Shown here: piece by piece, positions 28,988 through 38,008 of the stretch
Layout of the letters: each line of letters opens with the position of its first letter
Position numbering within the stretch: position 1 is the stretch's first letter
Origin: a virus
Taxonomy: Duplodnaviria > Caudoviricetes
Length of the DNA stretch: 56,476 nt
Strand: one strand, 5' to 3'
IMG/VR virus record: IMGVR_UViG_3300037180_000017
Span: 1-56,476 of that record
The notes under the pieces: generated by a model
Databases searched by the model: none
Seen by the model: the letters and a program-made list of their open reading frames with translations, nothing else
What the model was told of the DNA's origin: nothing
Position numbers and translations under genes: made by a program

Positions 28988-29557
28988 TCAGCGATCTCGG
29001 CGTTGATGCAGGTGGTGGAGTTCCTCAATAGTGAGGCATTCGTACCGTGAAGCTTCTGCAATCTCCATCCCCACATTACGCACCAGCTCTCCCTCCGGCC
29101 CCGGCGAAGGCGAGGCTTGCTCTATCGGAAAATTGGTGGCAGCATTAGCTGTTAACACAAATAGTTTTCCATTAACTACAATTTCAGTCAGATCACCATT
29201 ACCATCATATTCATGTTCCTCTATTATCATCTTTAGTGGATGCTTCTTTGCGGAAAGGCTGGCGGCGTCGGCAATAATACTAGCTAATGAGCTAAAGAAA
29301 TCCGAGCCCACCTCTCCTTCCCAAGTCCTTTTGATTCTCTGTTCCAATTCCTCCCGCGTCATCTGCGGCCGCGACTCCCCAATCATCCGCCGGCACGTCG
29401 CCTCGGTGAAGTCGGCGATGGCATCAGCGTTTTCCTCCAGATAAGACGTACCAAAACATCCACCAGTGTTGTAATTTTTAACCATCCGCTCTTTCAGTTC
29501 CTGCCGTGCCTTGTCTTGATTTGTCTGCTGCATGGTATACTCCTTGCTTTGAAACAA
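28988..29557 (-). CDS. Hypothetical protein
   Basis: 189-aa ORF. Confidence 0.5.
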   Translation of the reverse strand: MFQSKEYTMQQTNQDKARQELKERMVKNYNTGGCFGTSYLEENADAIADFTEATCRRMIGESRPQMTREELEQRIKRTWEGEVGSDFFSSLASIIADAASLSAKKHPLKMIIEEHEYDGNGDLTEIVVNGKLFVLTANAATNFPIEQASPSPGPEGELVRNVGMEIAEASRYECLTIEELHHLHQRRDR

Positions 29558-29586
29558 TGCTGGTTACATGGTCGTCGTTACTCCAC

Positions 29587-29952
29587 CTAGTGTATCCGGC
29601 GGCGTCGAGCGTGGTCAGGTGTCGGGACGTAGTGATCTCGGAACCATTGCTCGTTCATCGCTTCAAAAGTTTCGTTGGACAACCCGCGCGTGGGAGAACG
29701 GCGGACTACCCACTCTCCAGGGATCAGGTCGGTACGAAAATATGGGGATAGGTTTCGGATTTGGAGAATGGGCAGGTCCGTTACGGTAAACTTGTCCTGA
29801 AGATCGTCGGGAACCTTATCGGACACCGCCCATAGGGAGAGTGCAGTAAACCAAACATGGAAATCCGCTTGGTTGCTCCCGGTCCATTGCAGGGCTTGGA
29901 CGGTCCTGGGTTTTTCCTGGAATGTTTGAGGCGGTGGTGTAGTTGGGTTCAT
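29587..29952 (-). CDS. Conserved phage protein ('KP..V.A.QWTG.N ... PG.W.V' family)
   Basis: 'KPRTVQALQWTGSN', 'LIPGEWVV', 'WFRDHY'. Confidence 0.6.
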   Translation of the reverse strand: MNPTTPPPQTFQEKPRTVQALQWTGSNQADFHVWFTALSLWAVSDKVPDDLQDKFTVTDLPILQIRNLSPYFRTDLIPGEWVVRRSPTRGLSNETFEAMNEQWFRDHYVPTPDHARRRRIH

Positions 29953-29966
29953 GTGGTGAGGTTGGG

Positions 29967-30515
29967 TTAGGTTTGTGGGGGTAGAGCTATAAGCATGATC
30001 TCGCCATAGATACGGCATTGATGCCGGTCTTCCCAGACGACGGCGTGATAAATCTGGACAAGGCGTGGCGCTGCGGTAGTTGCGGGTGCGGCGACGGCAA
30101 ACTGTTCCAGTTTATGCACCATGCGGGTAATCAGGGTTCCCTTACCATCAGAAAGGTGGGCTAGACCGGAATGGGGAAGGAACTGGATATATTCCTGATC
30201 CTGAAAGGTGGGGAGGCCGGAATGGGATATTTCTGGGGGAGTATTGGCGGCGGGGTTGGGGGTTGGGTCGGAGGTTGGGTTAATGCGGGGTTTGGGAGCG
30301 GCGGGATTGCGTTCCATATACACCTGTAAAACGTCGGCTGCAGCGCTGTAAGGATAGTGGAGCGTGGGAAAGGGAGCATAGGGCGGTTGAACCTGAATAG
30401 CTGTAAGCATGACAGTTCCTTTGGGGTTGTGAAGGTTGTGACGCTGGGGACCGGGATGCAGGGACTTTTGAACATCTGCGGGGGTAATGGTCTGATGTGA
30501 GGGTTTTTGCTTCAT
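29967..30515 (-). CDS. Hypothetical protein
   Basis: 182-aa ORF with overlap/start uncertainty. Confidence 0.4.
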   Translation of the reverse strand: MKQKPSHQTITPADVQKSLHPGPQRHNLHNPKGTVMLTAIQVQPPYAPFPTLHYPYSAAADVLQVYMERNPAAPKPRINPTSDPTPNPAANTPPEISHSGLPTFQDQEYIQFLPHSGLAHLSDGKGTLITRMVHKLEQFAVAAPATTAAPRLVQIYHAVVWEDRHQCRIYGEIMLIALPPQT

Positions 30516-30539
30516 GGCTTAGGTTGCCCTTCGTGCCGC

Positions 30540-30914
30540 TCAGGCTTTGTATGCTTTACCTGTCGTGGGTGAGTCCGCCGCATCACCAATGTTATAAACA
30601 TCTCGAATTTCTTCGTCAGATACGACTGACAACCTATTTCCGTTAACTACCACGATCCACGATCCGGGGGAAACGACCTTTTGGATTTCTGAGTAAGCCG
30701 GTGTGATGCGGAGCTCGATAGTGGTGATTAACTCCGTTGTCGGGGTTTGTCCCGAAGACGATGTTTTTGTTAAGACCGGCGATATTATTATTGTGATTTT
30801 TGGAATTTGATGAACGGATGTAATTTCCGTCAAAACGAATTTCACGATCTCGGCATGGTTTATTCCGTTGAACCGGATGATCTTATGCGTATACGACTTT
30901 GTACTGGCTAACAT
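30540..30914 (-). CDS. Conserved phage protein, paralogue of 29587..29952
   Basis: 'IRFNGINHAEI', 'VSPGSWIV', 'EIRDVY'. Confidence 0.6.
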   Translation of the reverse strand: MLASTKSYTHKIIRFNGINHAEIVKFVLTEITSVHQIPKITIIISPVLTKTSSSGQTPTTELITTIELRITPAYSEIQKVVSPGSWIVVVNGNRLSVVSDEEIRDVYNIGDAADSPTTGKAYKA

Positions 30915-30922
30915 ATGACTCC

Positions 30923-30970
30923 AGTATAATCTAAGTGGGTGGACGTGTCAATGGGCTAGGTAGGAAATTT
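30923..30970 (-). promoter_or_regulatory. Leftward sigma70-type promoter
   Basis: AAATTT-N13-TTGACA-N17-TATACT, 8 nt before ATG 30914. Confidence 0.8.
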
Positions 30971-31065
30971 GAGAAGAATTGGTTTTTAACTTTCTGTATG
31001 TGGTGAGGGGTTCCGCCCTGGCGTTAGGTTTCCGTTAGCGCCGTAAACCGGGGGGGCTTACCTCT

Positions 31066-31149
31066 CATGCTCCATGCGCCATGCGCCATGCTCCATGCTC
31101 CATGCTCCATGCTCCATGCGCCATGCTCCATGCTCCATGCACCATGCTC
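31066..31149. repeat. 12 x 7-bp tandem repeat CATGC(T/G/A)C
   Basis: Read directly; lies between the divergent promoters. Confidence 0.95.
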
Positions 31150-31181
31150 CAGAATTTTTGGAAGATTATAAAAATCTTCTC

Positions 31182-31229
31182 AAATTTCAGAAGATTTGAC
31201 TTGACAACGCCGATATCAATCTTTAAGCT
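31182..31229 (+). promoter_or_regulatory. Rightward early promoter
   Basis: AAATTT-N13-TTGACA(31201)-N17-TAAGCT. Confidence 0.7.
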
Positions 31230-31281
31230 TAATCCATCGCAGCGGCGGACCGCTGTAAAACATTTATTTAGAGGTATCATC

Positions 31282-31740
31282 ATGGCAGAGCGAATCACAA
31301 AATTGCAACTGATCGATCATGGCATCGAACATGAGCAGTATTTTCAGGGATGTGGCGTTTCATTCACAAGCTACTCGTATTGCGTCACTGGCATCGGTGA
31401 TGATATCCGCGAGGCCATCGAAGATTGCCTGGACCAAATCGCAATGCAACATACTGGTGTTGATAATTGGCCGTTCGTTGAACGTCTCATTTGCGAACAG
31501 CAATTAGGTGCATACGAAATGAATGATATCCGCTCGGAATCTGTATCCGATCATATCGCAGCGGAGCGCGGCGCAATGGCCGACAACCATGAGGATACAG
31601 ACGATTTAGGTTGTGAACACCATTATTATGTATCCATCCGCTACAATCTTATCGACAACGATCCTATCGCACAGCGCAATGCAGAAGACACAGCGGGTGA
31701 GCAATTGGACAGCGAACGGTTCGACACTTCAGCGGAGTAA
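31282..31740 (+). CDS. Early hypothetical protein (acidic)
   Basis: GAGGT SD before ATG 31282 (MAERITKL). Confidence 0.7.
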   Translation: MAERITKLQLIDHGIEHEQYFQGCGVSFTSYSYCVTGIGDDIREAIEDCLDQIAMQHTGVDNWPFVERLICEQQLGAYEMNDIRSESVSDHIAAERGAMADNHEDTDDLGCEHHYYVSIRYNLIDNDPIAQRNAEDTAGEQLDSERFDTSAE

Positions 31741-31745
31741 TTACC

Positions 31746-32027
31746 ATGAATCTACGTGAGACATTAGATACACTACAAGCAATGAAAGATGAACTGAAGA
31801 GGTGCTGTATGATCTATCAGTATGATCTTAAACGCGGCGCAGCAGAAGCGATGAATGCTCCACTAAGCACCGTTGATATCCCCTACGATCAATGGAAAAT
31901 AATCCGCACCAAATTTCTAGCGGCGCAAAATAAGACATTCGACACTATAGGTAAGGCAGGATGGAAGGGACGATTCTGTGATTATCCCGACTATCTCAAA
32001 TTACTTCGTCAGTTCATGGCTAACTAA
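31746..32027 (+). CDS. Early hypothetical protein
   Basis: GGAG SD; 93 aa. Confidence 0.6.
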   Translation: MNLRETLDTLQAMKDELKRCCMIYQYDLKRGAAEAMNAPLSTVDIPYDQWKIIRTKFLAAQNKTFDTIGKAGWKGRFCDYPDYLKLLRQFMAN

Positions 32028-32094
32028 CCGCTGCATTGTGCAGCGCATCCGCCTCAGTAAACCATTTTGCGCCATTGGCGCAGGAGTCTCTATC

Positions 32095-33171
32095 GTGGCA
32101 GAGCGTATCCGAGAAGTGTATCCGATCGGCGAGATTGCCCACCTATGGGCACATCAAACGCAACAATTCGCCCGTTGTCCTGGTGGCAATTTTAGTTTTG
32201 CAGCCACTGAATTGCGGTCATACGACACAGTGATTGCCGAGCGCATCACGCATAAGGGTAACGTGGTCTTCCTTCACTTGGATAAACATTGGTCCCGTAC
32301 AACCAACAAACACCAGTCTTTTGCTCGACGTGCAAGCTACGGCGAGTACATTTTCCACGTCAAGGATTTACCCTACGATTTGCACAGAGCGTCTTATTAT
32401 GTCGGCAATGAACCGAAGCGAGAACGCAAGGTAATCGCCAGTGTCCATCGCCGTAACGTGGAACATTTCATTAGCCAAGCAGAGAATGCCGCGCTAAAAT
32501 GCAGTCGCGCTCATGTCTATGCGGAATGGTTGGCGCAAGAATCGGCCGCATACTTGATGCAGGCCGCAAAGTACGCTGCGCTGTTCGGCGTTCGCATCAG
32601 AATTCCCACTATTGATATCCCGGCGTTGATTGCCGCTGCAAAACTCAAAGTGCAGAAGGCAACCGCGGCGCAGTATAAAGCATATGCCAAGGCGCAAGAG
32701 GCGAGGCAGCAGCGCCGGGATAAAGCGCGGGCAATCATGCCGGAAGTAATCACCTACTGGCGAAGAAATGGACGATGGCCAGACGGAGAAGTTAACGTGT
32801 ATATCCATCTGTCCGATGTCCAAGAGTTTGCTGAAACTAACTTGATGCGCCTTGACGGCGCAGACGTGGTGACCGATTTGGGCGCAAGAGTACCAGCAAA
32901 CATTGTGCGGCGTATGTGCCCGATTGTCTTGACGGCAATGGATACAATCCACAATGCAGGCAGTTCCACAGCGGCGGGAGTTGTCACTATTGATATCAAT
33001 CAAAAGTTTATCGGCCGGCATGTCAGCCATTACACGATTGACGCTATCACAGCGGACCAATTGACCATTGGTTGTCACAAGTTTTCCCGGCAAGAGATTA
33101 CTATGATTTTAGATACTCTGCTGCAAGCGGAAATTGTCCCGGCCGATGATGCGGCAATTGCGGCCGGATAA
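32095..33171 (+). CDS. Conserved early phage protein of unknown function
   Basis: AGGAG SD before GTG 32095. Motifs 'AHLWAHQ', 'SYDTVIA', 'WSRTTNKHQS', 'VVTDLGARVP', 'LTIGCHKF'. Confidence 0.7.
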   Translation: MAERIREVYPIGEIAHLWAHQTQQFARCPGGNFSFAATELRSYDTVIAERITHKGNVVFLHLDKHWSRTTNKHQSFARRASYGEYIFHVKDLPYDLHRASYYVGNEPKRERKVIASVHRRNVEHFISQAENAALKCSRAHVYAEWLAQESAAYLMQAAKYAALFGVRIRIPTIDIPALIAAAKLKVQKATAAQYKAYAKAQEARQQRRDKARAIMPEVITYWRRNGRWPDGEVNVYIHLSDVQEFAETNLMRLDGADVVTDLGARVPANIVRRMCPIVLTAMDTIHNAGSSTAAGVVTIDINQKFIGRHVSHYTIDAITADQLTIGCHKFSRQEITMILDTLLQAEIVPADDAAIAAG

Positions 33172-33352
33172 CGGATCTACGCAAACGTTTGCAAAGGTTC
33201 GTGCAACCGTTTGCAAATCGACGATAAGGCTGGAAAGGTAGTCTAGTAGCCTTTCCACCATTACGAGCCGTAAATCGTGATTTTGATTTTAACATGATTG
33301 GCAGCGTTGCCAGTTCCAAAAATTCTGGAAAGCATTTTTCTGGGAGAAGCCA

Positions 33353-33592
33353 ATGACATATAGCGAAGCAAGGGAATTGATATTTGCGTCGGGAACTGTG
33401 ATGGATGGTTATTTTGGCGCGATTGCCGATTGTAGTTTTGCCTACGATCCGCAGTCGCAAAAGATATTGGTGATTCTGCAATATGGATTTGTCACCAGTT
33501 TGTTGCCACTCGCAACCGATTTGCCAGAAGCAAAATGGTTGCTGGCAAATCATCCAATAGCTAAAAAATATTACACTGTAGACGCGGCCTAG
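33353..33592 (+). CDS. Hypothetical protein
   Basis: GGGAG SD; 79 aa. Confidence 0.55.
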   Translation: MTYSEARELIFASGTVMDGYFGAIADCSFAYDPQSQKILVILQYGFVTSLLPLATDLPEAKWLLANHPIAKKYYTVDAA

Positions 33593-33775
33593 TTCCGCTT
33601 ACCATTCCCCTATATCTTGGGGAATGGTTGGCGCAATTACACGCAAGCGGAAAGGTAATATATCTATGCTCAACATTAACCGAATTCTCCGCAAACCACG
33701 CTAAATGAAGATGCAACATTTATTTGATTTCCTTTCACTTTTTACCTTTTACCGCCCTATGGGCAGGAGTTTCCA

Positions 33776-33967
33776 TTGATTACCGATCAAGCTATCGTCC
33801 GATCCTATGCCGAGCAAATTCGCCATGATTCTTTTACCCACTTGGCAAGCCGCAATCGCATTGCCGCCATGCTGCGCACCTTACGCCGTACCCAGGGGCC
33901 GCAAGCCGCTAAACTCTACGCCCTTTATCTAAGCCACCAATTTTTCAACCGAGCCTTGCCCGACTAA
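33776..33967 (+). CDS. Hypothetical protein
   Basis: AGGAG SD before TTG. Confidence 0.5.
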   Translation: MITDQAIVRSYAEQIRHDSFTHLASRNRIAAMLRTLRRTQGPQAAKLYALYLSHQFFNRALPD

Positions 33968-34032
33968 TTCAACCTGCCTCTAACTATGCCGCTCTAGCGT
34001 TACTGTCCGGTTCGCGCCCGGACCAGCGGTTT

Positions 34033-34338
34033 ATGCAATATCGACCACGACGAAACATCCATCCATCCGCCTACCCGAACCGCTATTTCGTCAATAGCGA
34101 CGGCAAGCTGGACGCGGCCACCAGTCCATTGGAACCATTCATTACACCCCTGCCCAGCGCCCCCGTTATCGCCGGCCACAATCTTGGCCAATTGCCCCCC
34201 GCATGGTCCGACGCGCTCCATGCCGCCATCCAGCTTGGCATGAGCCGCAAGACCGCTACTCATCGCGCCGCCCTAGGCGCTATGCGAACCCCTCGCGCCA
34301 AGCCAGATGCTGCATTGCGAGCTATTTTGCAAGGGTAG
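34033..34338 (+). CDS. Hypothetical protein, possible RuvA-C-like helical C-terminus
   Basis: 'SDALHAAIQLGMSRKTA...ALRAILQG'. Confidence 0.4.
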   Translation: MQYRPRRNIHPSAYPNRYFVNSDGKLDAATSPLEPFITPLPSAPVIAGHNLGQLPPAWSDALHAAIQLGMSRKTATHRAALGAMRTPRAKPDAALRAILQG

Positions 34339-35209
34339 TCCGGCAGTAACTCAAACAAACCCCACAAACAAACCGCCCCTAAACCGCAAAACACAAACAA
34401 CCGAAAACACACACAAATACCGAGCCTTGCAACTTCCAGAATTTTTGGGAGCACGCCCTTTCCATTCTACCTCTCCCATCGCTCTATTTTTCGTCCGTTG
34501 ATTTGACTGAAAGCGCAGCTAAGGTATATATACCCTTAAAACGCCCAACAAAGCCCTAACACTCCCATTTCCCTTGCAATTTACCTTGCACCATCCCCCT
34601 TGCAATTCCCCTTCACTCCAACCATCAAAATAAAAAGACCATGAGAACCACCCTAACATAAGTTAGGTAAATGTTAGATTTAATAAATATTAAGGCACGT
34701 CCATATACACCTTAGCTGTGCAATCAGTCAATTCCACAGACCGATAAAAACATTCACTTTTTGCGCAAGAAACGCAGCTTTTGCCTCCGTCGCTGGATTT
34801 GACTGACCACCTAAAACGACCATCAAAACCGCCATATTGCTTGCACCTTGCAACTAATTCTCCACATTTTGACAAATCTTTGCATCACCTCGAAAAATTC
34901 TACCACGCGTTTTTAAGCTAAAAACAGCGATATCCAGAATTTTTGGACGTGATGTTAGGGTCCATAATCCGCGCAACTGCCCGCTGCAAACGCACCACTC
35001 CATTGCGCATCTGCGACCAATACAAGCAGTTCGATCCCTTACATTTTTCCCAGAAAACGACCTCTTCTGGGTCGGCTTTTGTTAGGTCTCATCTTATCCC
35101 ACCTTAACATTTTTCCCAAACTTTACCCTAACTTCCACATTAGAGTCAAATCCAACTAAATCTTCTGAACCCATTGCAGCCAGTCAGCCAATCTGATATA
35201 AAGCCATTT

Positions 35210-35587
35210 ATGCCAGAACCAGAATATACCATCCAGCCCGCCCGCTACGCAAAGAACATGATGGCGATTCACTGCAAGCCGAATAGGTCGGGCTGGATGA
35301 CGACAGCGGAACGCATTGCATGTGTGTTGTCATCTCATCGTTACTCGCACAGAGAACGCGCTTATCTGATGAGCAAGCACCGAGCCACTGCCTTTCAGAC
35401 ATTACTGAATGCGGGATGGGGGGCAAATCCGATAACAGCCATGTTAATTGGACCTCGTGGAAGCGAGTGGTCATCAAGTCAAATTAGTAAAGCCCTTGCT
35501 ACTGTCAATTCTCCAGAAAAAACATCGCTAAAAATTCTTTTGAATCTTCATACCTTTCCCTTGACACCTCCCCCGAATATGGTTTAA
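35210..35587 (+). CDS. Hypothetical protein
   Basis: 'YTIQPARYAKNMMAIHC...RYSHRERAYLMS'. Confidence 0.55.
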   Translation: MPEPEYTIQPARYAKNMMAIHCKPNRSGWMTTAERIACVLSSHRYSHRERAYLMSKHRATAFQTLLNAGWGANPITAMLIGPRGSEWSSSQISKALATVNSPEKTSLKILLNLHTFPLTPPPNMV

Positions 35588-35588
35588 T
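35561..35588 (+). promoter_or_regulatory. Leaderless promoter
   Basis: TTGACA-N16-(TGn)TTTAAT, 6 nt before ATG 35595. Confidence 0.55.
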
Positions 35589-35594
35589 GCCGCC

Positions 35595-35783
35595 ATGCCG
35601 AAAATCGCCTATACCACCATCAACATACAATCCTGGAAGCTGGCCATCATTCAGCAGGTCAATACGATCGTGGCCGAATACAAGGCTCATGGTTTCAATT
35701 TAACCCTGCCGCCCCTGGAAACGGGAACTCCTGTCAGCGCTGTTGTGGGCCTTCCTGAGTCAGCTATGGAGAGTCGGCTATGA
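35595..35783 (+). CDS. Short protein, possibly a truncated remnant
   Basis: The N-terminus resembles phage TopoVI-A/Toprim-like proteins but stops short at 'GFNLTL'. Confidence 0.45.
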   Translation: MPKIAYTTINIQSWKLAIIQQVNTIVAEYKAHGFNLTLPPLETGTPVSAVVGLPESAMESRL

Positions 35784-36061
35784 TACCGTCTATTGACCAA
35801 AGCGGCAACCTTGTCTGGGAACCGGAAGACAGCGAACTGACCACGACTGGCGAACCAGATATTATTCTCCCAGAATCGCGACCAGCGACCGACGCAGAAA
35901 AGGAATTTTTTATTGTCATGCAGGCTTACCGAAAAGCCTATGATACTGCCATGCTCGCGATGGTGGCAGTGCAGGCAGAGGCCGGCTTGCAAGGGATCGA
36001 TACTCGTAGAATCGACAGAGCCAGGAGGGTTGCCAAAGATGTGCTTCGCGCTATAGAGTAG
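35780..36061 (+). CDS. Hypothetical protein
   Basis: GGAG SD; ATGA overlap. Confidence 0.6.
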   Translation: MIPSIDQSGNLVWEPEDSELTTTGEPDIILPESRPATDAEKEFFIVMQAYRKAYDTAMLAMVAVQAEAGLQGIDTRRIDRARRVAKDVLRAIE

Positions 36062-36244
36062 TTTTCAGTCTCCAAAAATTCTGGAGAAGAAAGGACTGCT
36101 TATGGTGTGATATCTGCAAACTTTGCGGAAGTCCGAATGTTTGACAGCTTCCTGAACCGTGCTGGCAAAGTGCGGTTCAGGTTTGGGAAATGCAAGTAGT
36201 GGTTTACAAAAATTCTGGGAGCCAATTTTTACAGGAGATCAGAT

Positions 36245-37201
36245 ATGGACATTGAAGATGAAATTTTGCGAGATGCAAACGGGAACGTGGCCACAGTTAC
36301 TTATTGGGGAAATAAAGAAAAAGCGCAGAAATCGCTTGATTCTCTGAGGGACTGTTCGGGCTGTTTGGACTGTTCGGACTGTTCGCGCTGTTCGGACTGT
36401 TCGGGCTGTTTGGACTGTTCGGACTGTTCGGGCTGTTCGGACTGTTCGGACTGTTCGGGCTGTTTGGACTGTTCGGACTGTTCGAGCTGTTCGAGCTGTT
36501 CGCGCTGTTCGCGCTGTTTGGACTGTTCGGACTGTTCGCGCTGTTCGCGCTGTTCGGGCTGTTCGGGCTGTTCGGACTGTTCGGGCTGTTCGCGTTGTTC
36601 GGACTGTTCGGGCTGTTTGGACTGTTCGGGCTGTTCGCGCTGTTCGCGCTGTTCGGGCTGTTCGGGCTGTTCGGACTGTTCGGGCTGTTCGCGTTGTTCG
36701 GACTGTTCGGGCTGTTTGGACTGTTCGGACTGTTCGCGCTGTTCGGGCTGTTTGGACTGTTCGGACTGTTCGCGCTGTTCGCGCTGTTCGGGCTGTTCGC
36801 GCTGTTCGGGCTGTTCGGGCTGTTCGCGCTGTTCGGGCTGTTCGCGTTGTGACTGTTCGCGCTGTTCGGATTTAATCAAACCGAAACCGCCCCTGGTCCC
36901 TGTTGTCGAAAATCTTCACCAGAAATTGCTCGCGGCGGTCAAGGTGGAAGGCGCTCTGGACATGAGTGATTGGCACGCCTGCGAGACTACACATTGCCGC
37001 GCCGGATGGGTTATCACGCTGGCAGGGGGAGCGGGTAAAGAACTAGAGAAGTGGTTTGACACGGTACTCGCTGCCATGATGATCTATGATAAAAGCTGTC
37101 CCGGCTTCAAGATCAATCCATGCAGATTCTTTGATGGCGACGAAGAGGCCATGCGAGACATCGAGAAGTGCGCCACAAACGCAGAAAAGGCAGCCACATG
37201 A
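36245..37201 (+). CDS. Cxx-repeat protein with conserved 'DMxxWHxCETTHCRAGW' C-terminal domain
   Basis: AGGAG SD; 58 Cys in the repeat region; globular C-domain. Confidence 0.85.
   Translation: MDIEDEILRDANGNVATVTYWGNKEKAQKSLDSLRDCSGCLDCSDCSRCSDCSGCLDCSDCSGCSDCSDCSGCLDCSDCSSCSSCSRCSRCLDCSDCSRCSRCSGCSGCSDCSGCSRCSDCSGCLDCSGCSRCSRCSGCSGCSDCSGCSRCSDCSGCLDCSDCSRCSGCLDCSDCSRCSRCSGCSRCSGCSGCSRCSGCSRCDCSRCSDLIKPKPPLVPVVENLHQKLLAAVKVEGALDMSDWHACETTHCRAGWVITLAGGAGKELEKWFDTVLAAMMIYDKSCPGFKINPCRFFDGDEEAMRDIEKCATNAEKAAT
36353..36871 (+). repeat. Coding 9-bp tandem repeat (TGTTYGVRC, 57 units plus one 6-bp unit)
   Basis: Encodes CSG/CSD/CSR/CLD/CSS. Confidence 0.95.
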
Positions 37202-37458
37202 ACACCCGTGCCGAGCTCCAAGAATATCGAGAGAAGACACGTCGCAGTGTCGTGCAGATAGCACTAAACGTGCATATCCATAACAACCAAACATATGTGC
37301 GTGATGTAAATGTGCAGAGTGATGACATCAGACATCTACAGCGGAGCCTGGAGCATTGGCAAGGAAGTGTTCGTCCGGCTTACGAACAGTTCGACAACGC
37401 TGTATATCAGCTTATCGTTACCGCGCTGCGGGAAAGTGAGGCGGTCAATGGCCGATAA
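37198..37458 (+). CDS. Hypothetical protein
   Basis: ATGA overlap with the upstream gene. Confidence 0.6.
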   Translation: MNTRAELQEYREKTRRSVVQIALNVHIHNNQTYVRDVNVQSDDIRHLQRSLEHWQGSVRPAYEQFDNAVYQLIVTALRESEAVNGR

Positions 37459-38008
37459 CTCAGTGGAGATCGAAGTGCCGATGATTCAGCGCGATACTCT
37501 TTTATTGGAGGGAGAATCGCCCGATGCTCACCGCTATACTTGGTTCTATGATCCAAAACTCTACCCCGGTTTGCAAGTGAGCGACCAGGTAAACTTCATA
37601 TGCTGTGAGACGTTGCTTATGGAAGCGATCATCACCGGGTTCACAGACTGGGACGCGGCCTTTAATTTCTGCACCGCGATTAACAAAAACGGCTTCCGCT
37701 GGATCCCTAAAGACGTGGCCGGGATCACCCAATATATTCCGCAATTACAATCTCTTATCGGAGAACACATGGCGATCATTACCCGCGAGTGCGCAGAATT
37801 TTTCGAGGAAAGGATTAGAGAGGGGAGTAAATCGCTACCCCAAGCGTTGCGTAAATTATCCCCTGATGAAAAAGAGGCTTATGTACACGCACTTGTGAAT
37901 AAAGCTCTTTCCTATAGCACTTCAGACGATGATTTGATGATGCTATTTTCGTTTGCCGCGATGGGGGCCGCTGTGGCATTTAAGGCCGAATACGATGCCC
38001 AATCTTGA
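37448..38008 (+). CDS. Hypothetical protein
   Basis: GAGG SD before ATG 37448. Confidence 0.6.
   Translation: MADNSVEIEVPMIQRDTLLLEGESPDAHRYTWFYDPKLYPGLQVSDQVNFICCETLLMEAIITGFTDWDAAFNFCTAINKNGFRWIPKDVAGITQYIPQLQSLIGEHMAIITRECAEFFEERIREGSKSLPQALRKLSPDEKEAYVHALVNKALSYSTSDDDLMMLFSFAAMGAAVAFKAEYDAQS

Noticed and set aside
31065-31298. 'HGAWSM' and 'MRHAPCS' repeat peptides
   Set aside because: Translations of the 7-bp array. The real gene starts at 31282, downstream of the promoter and SD.
34503-34532. Promoter TTGACT...TATATA
   Set aside because: The -10 lacks the conserved final T at usable spacing and no gene follows; too weak to call.
31066-36871. CRISPR array
   Set aside because: The tandem repeats have no spacers, and the 15-bp motif is dispersed at irregular kb distances.
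36301-36879. EQP/EQS-repeat ORF (minus) and LFG/LFA-repeat ORF (plus)
   Set aside because: These are alternate frames of the 9-bp repeat. Only the Cys frame has an SD and unique flanking domains.
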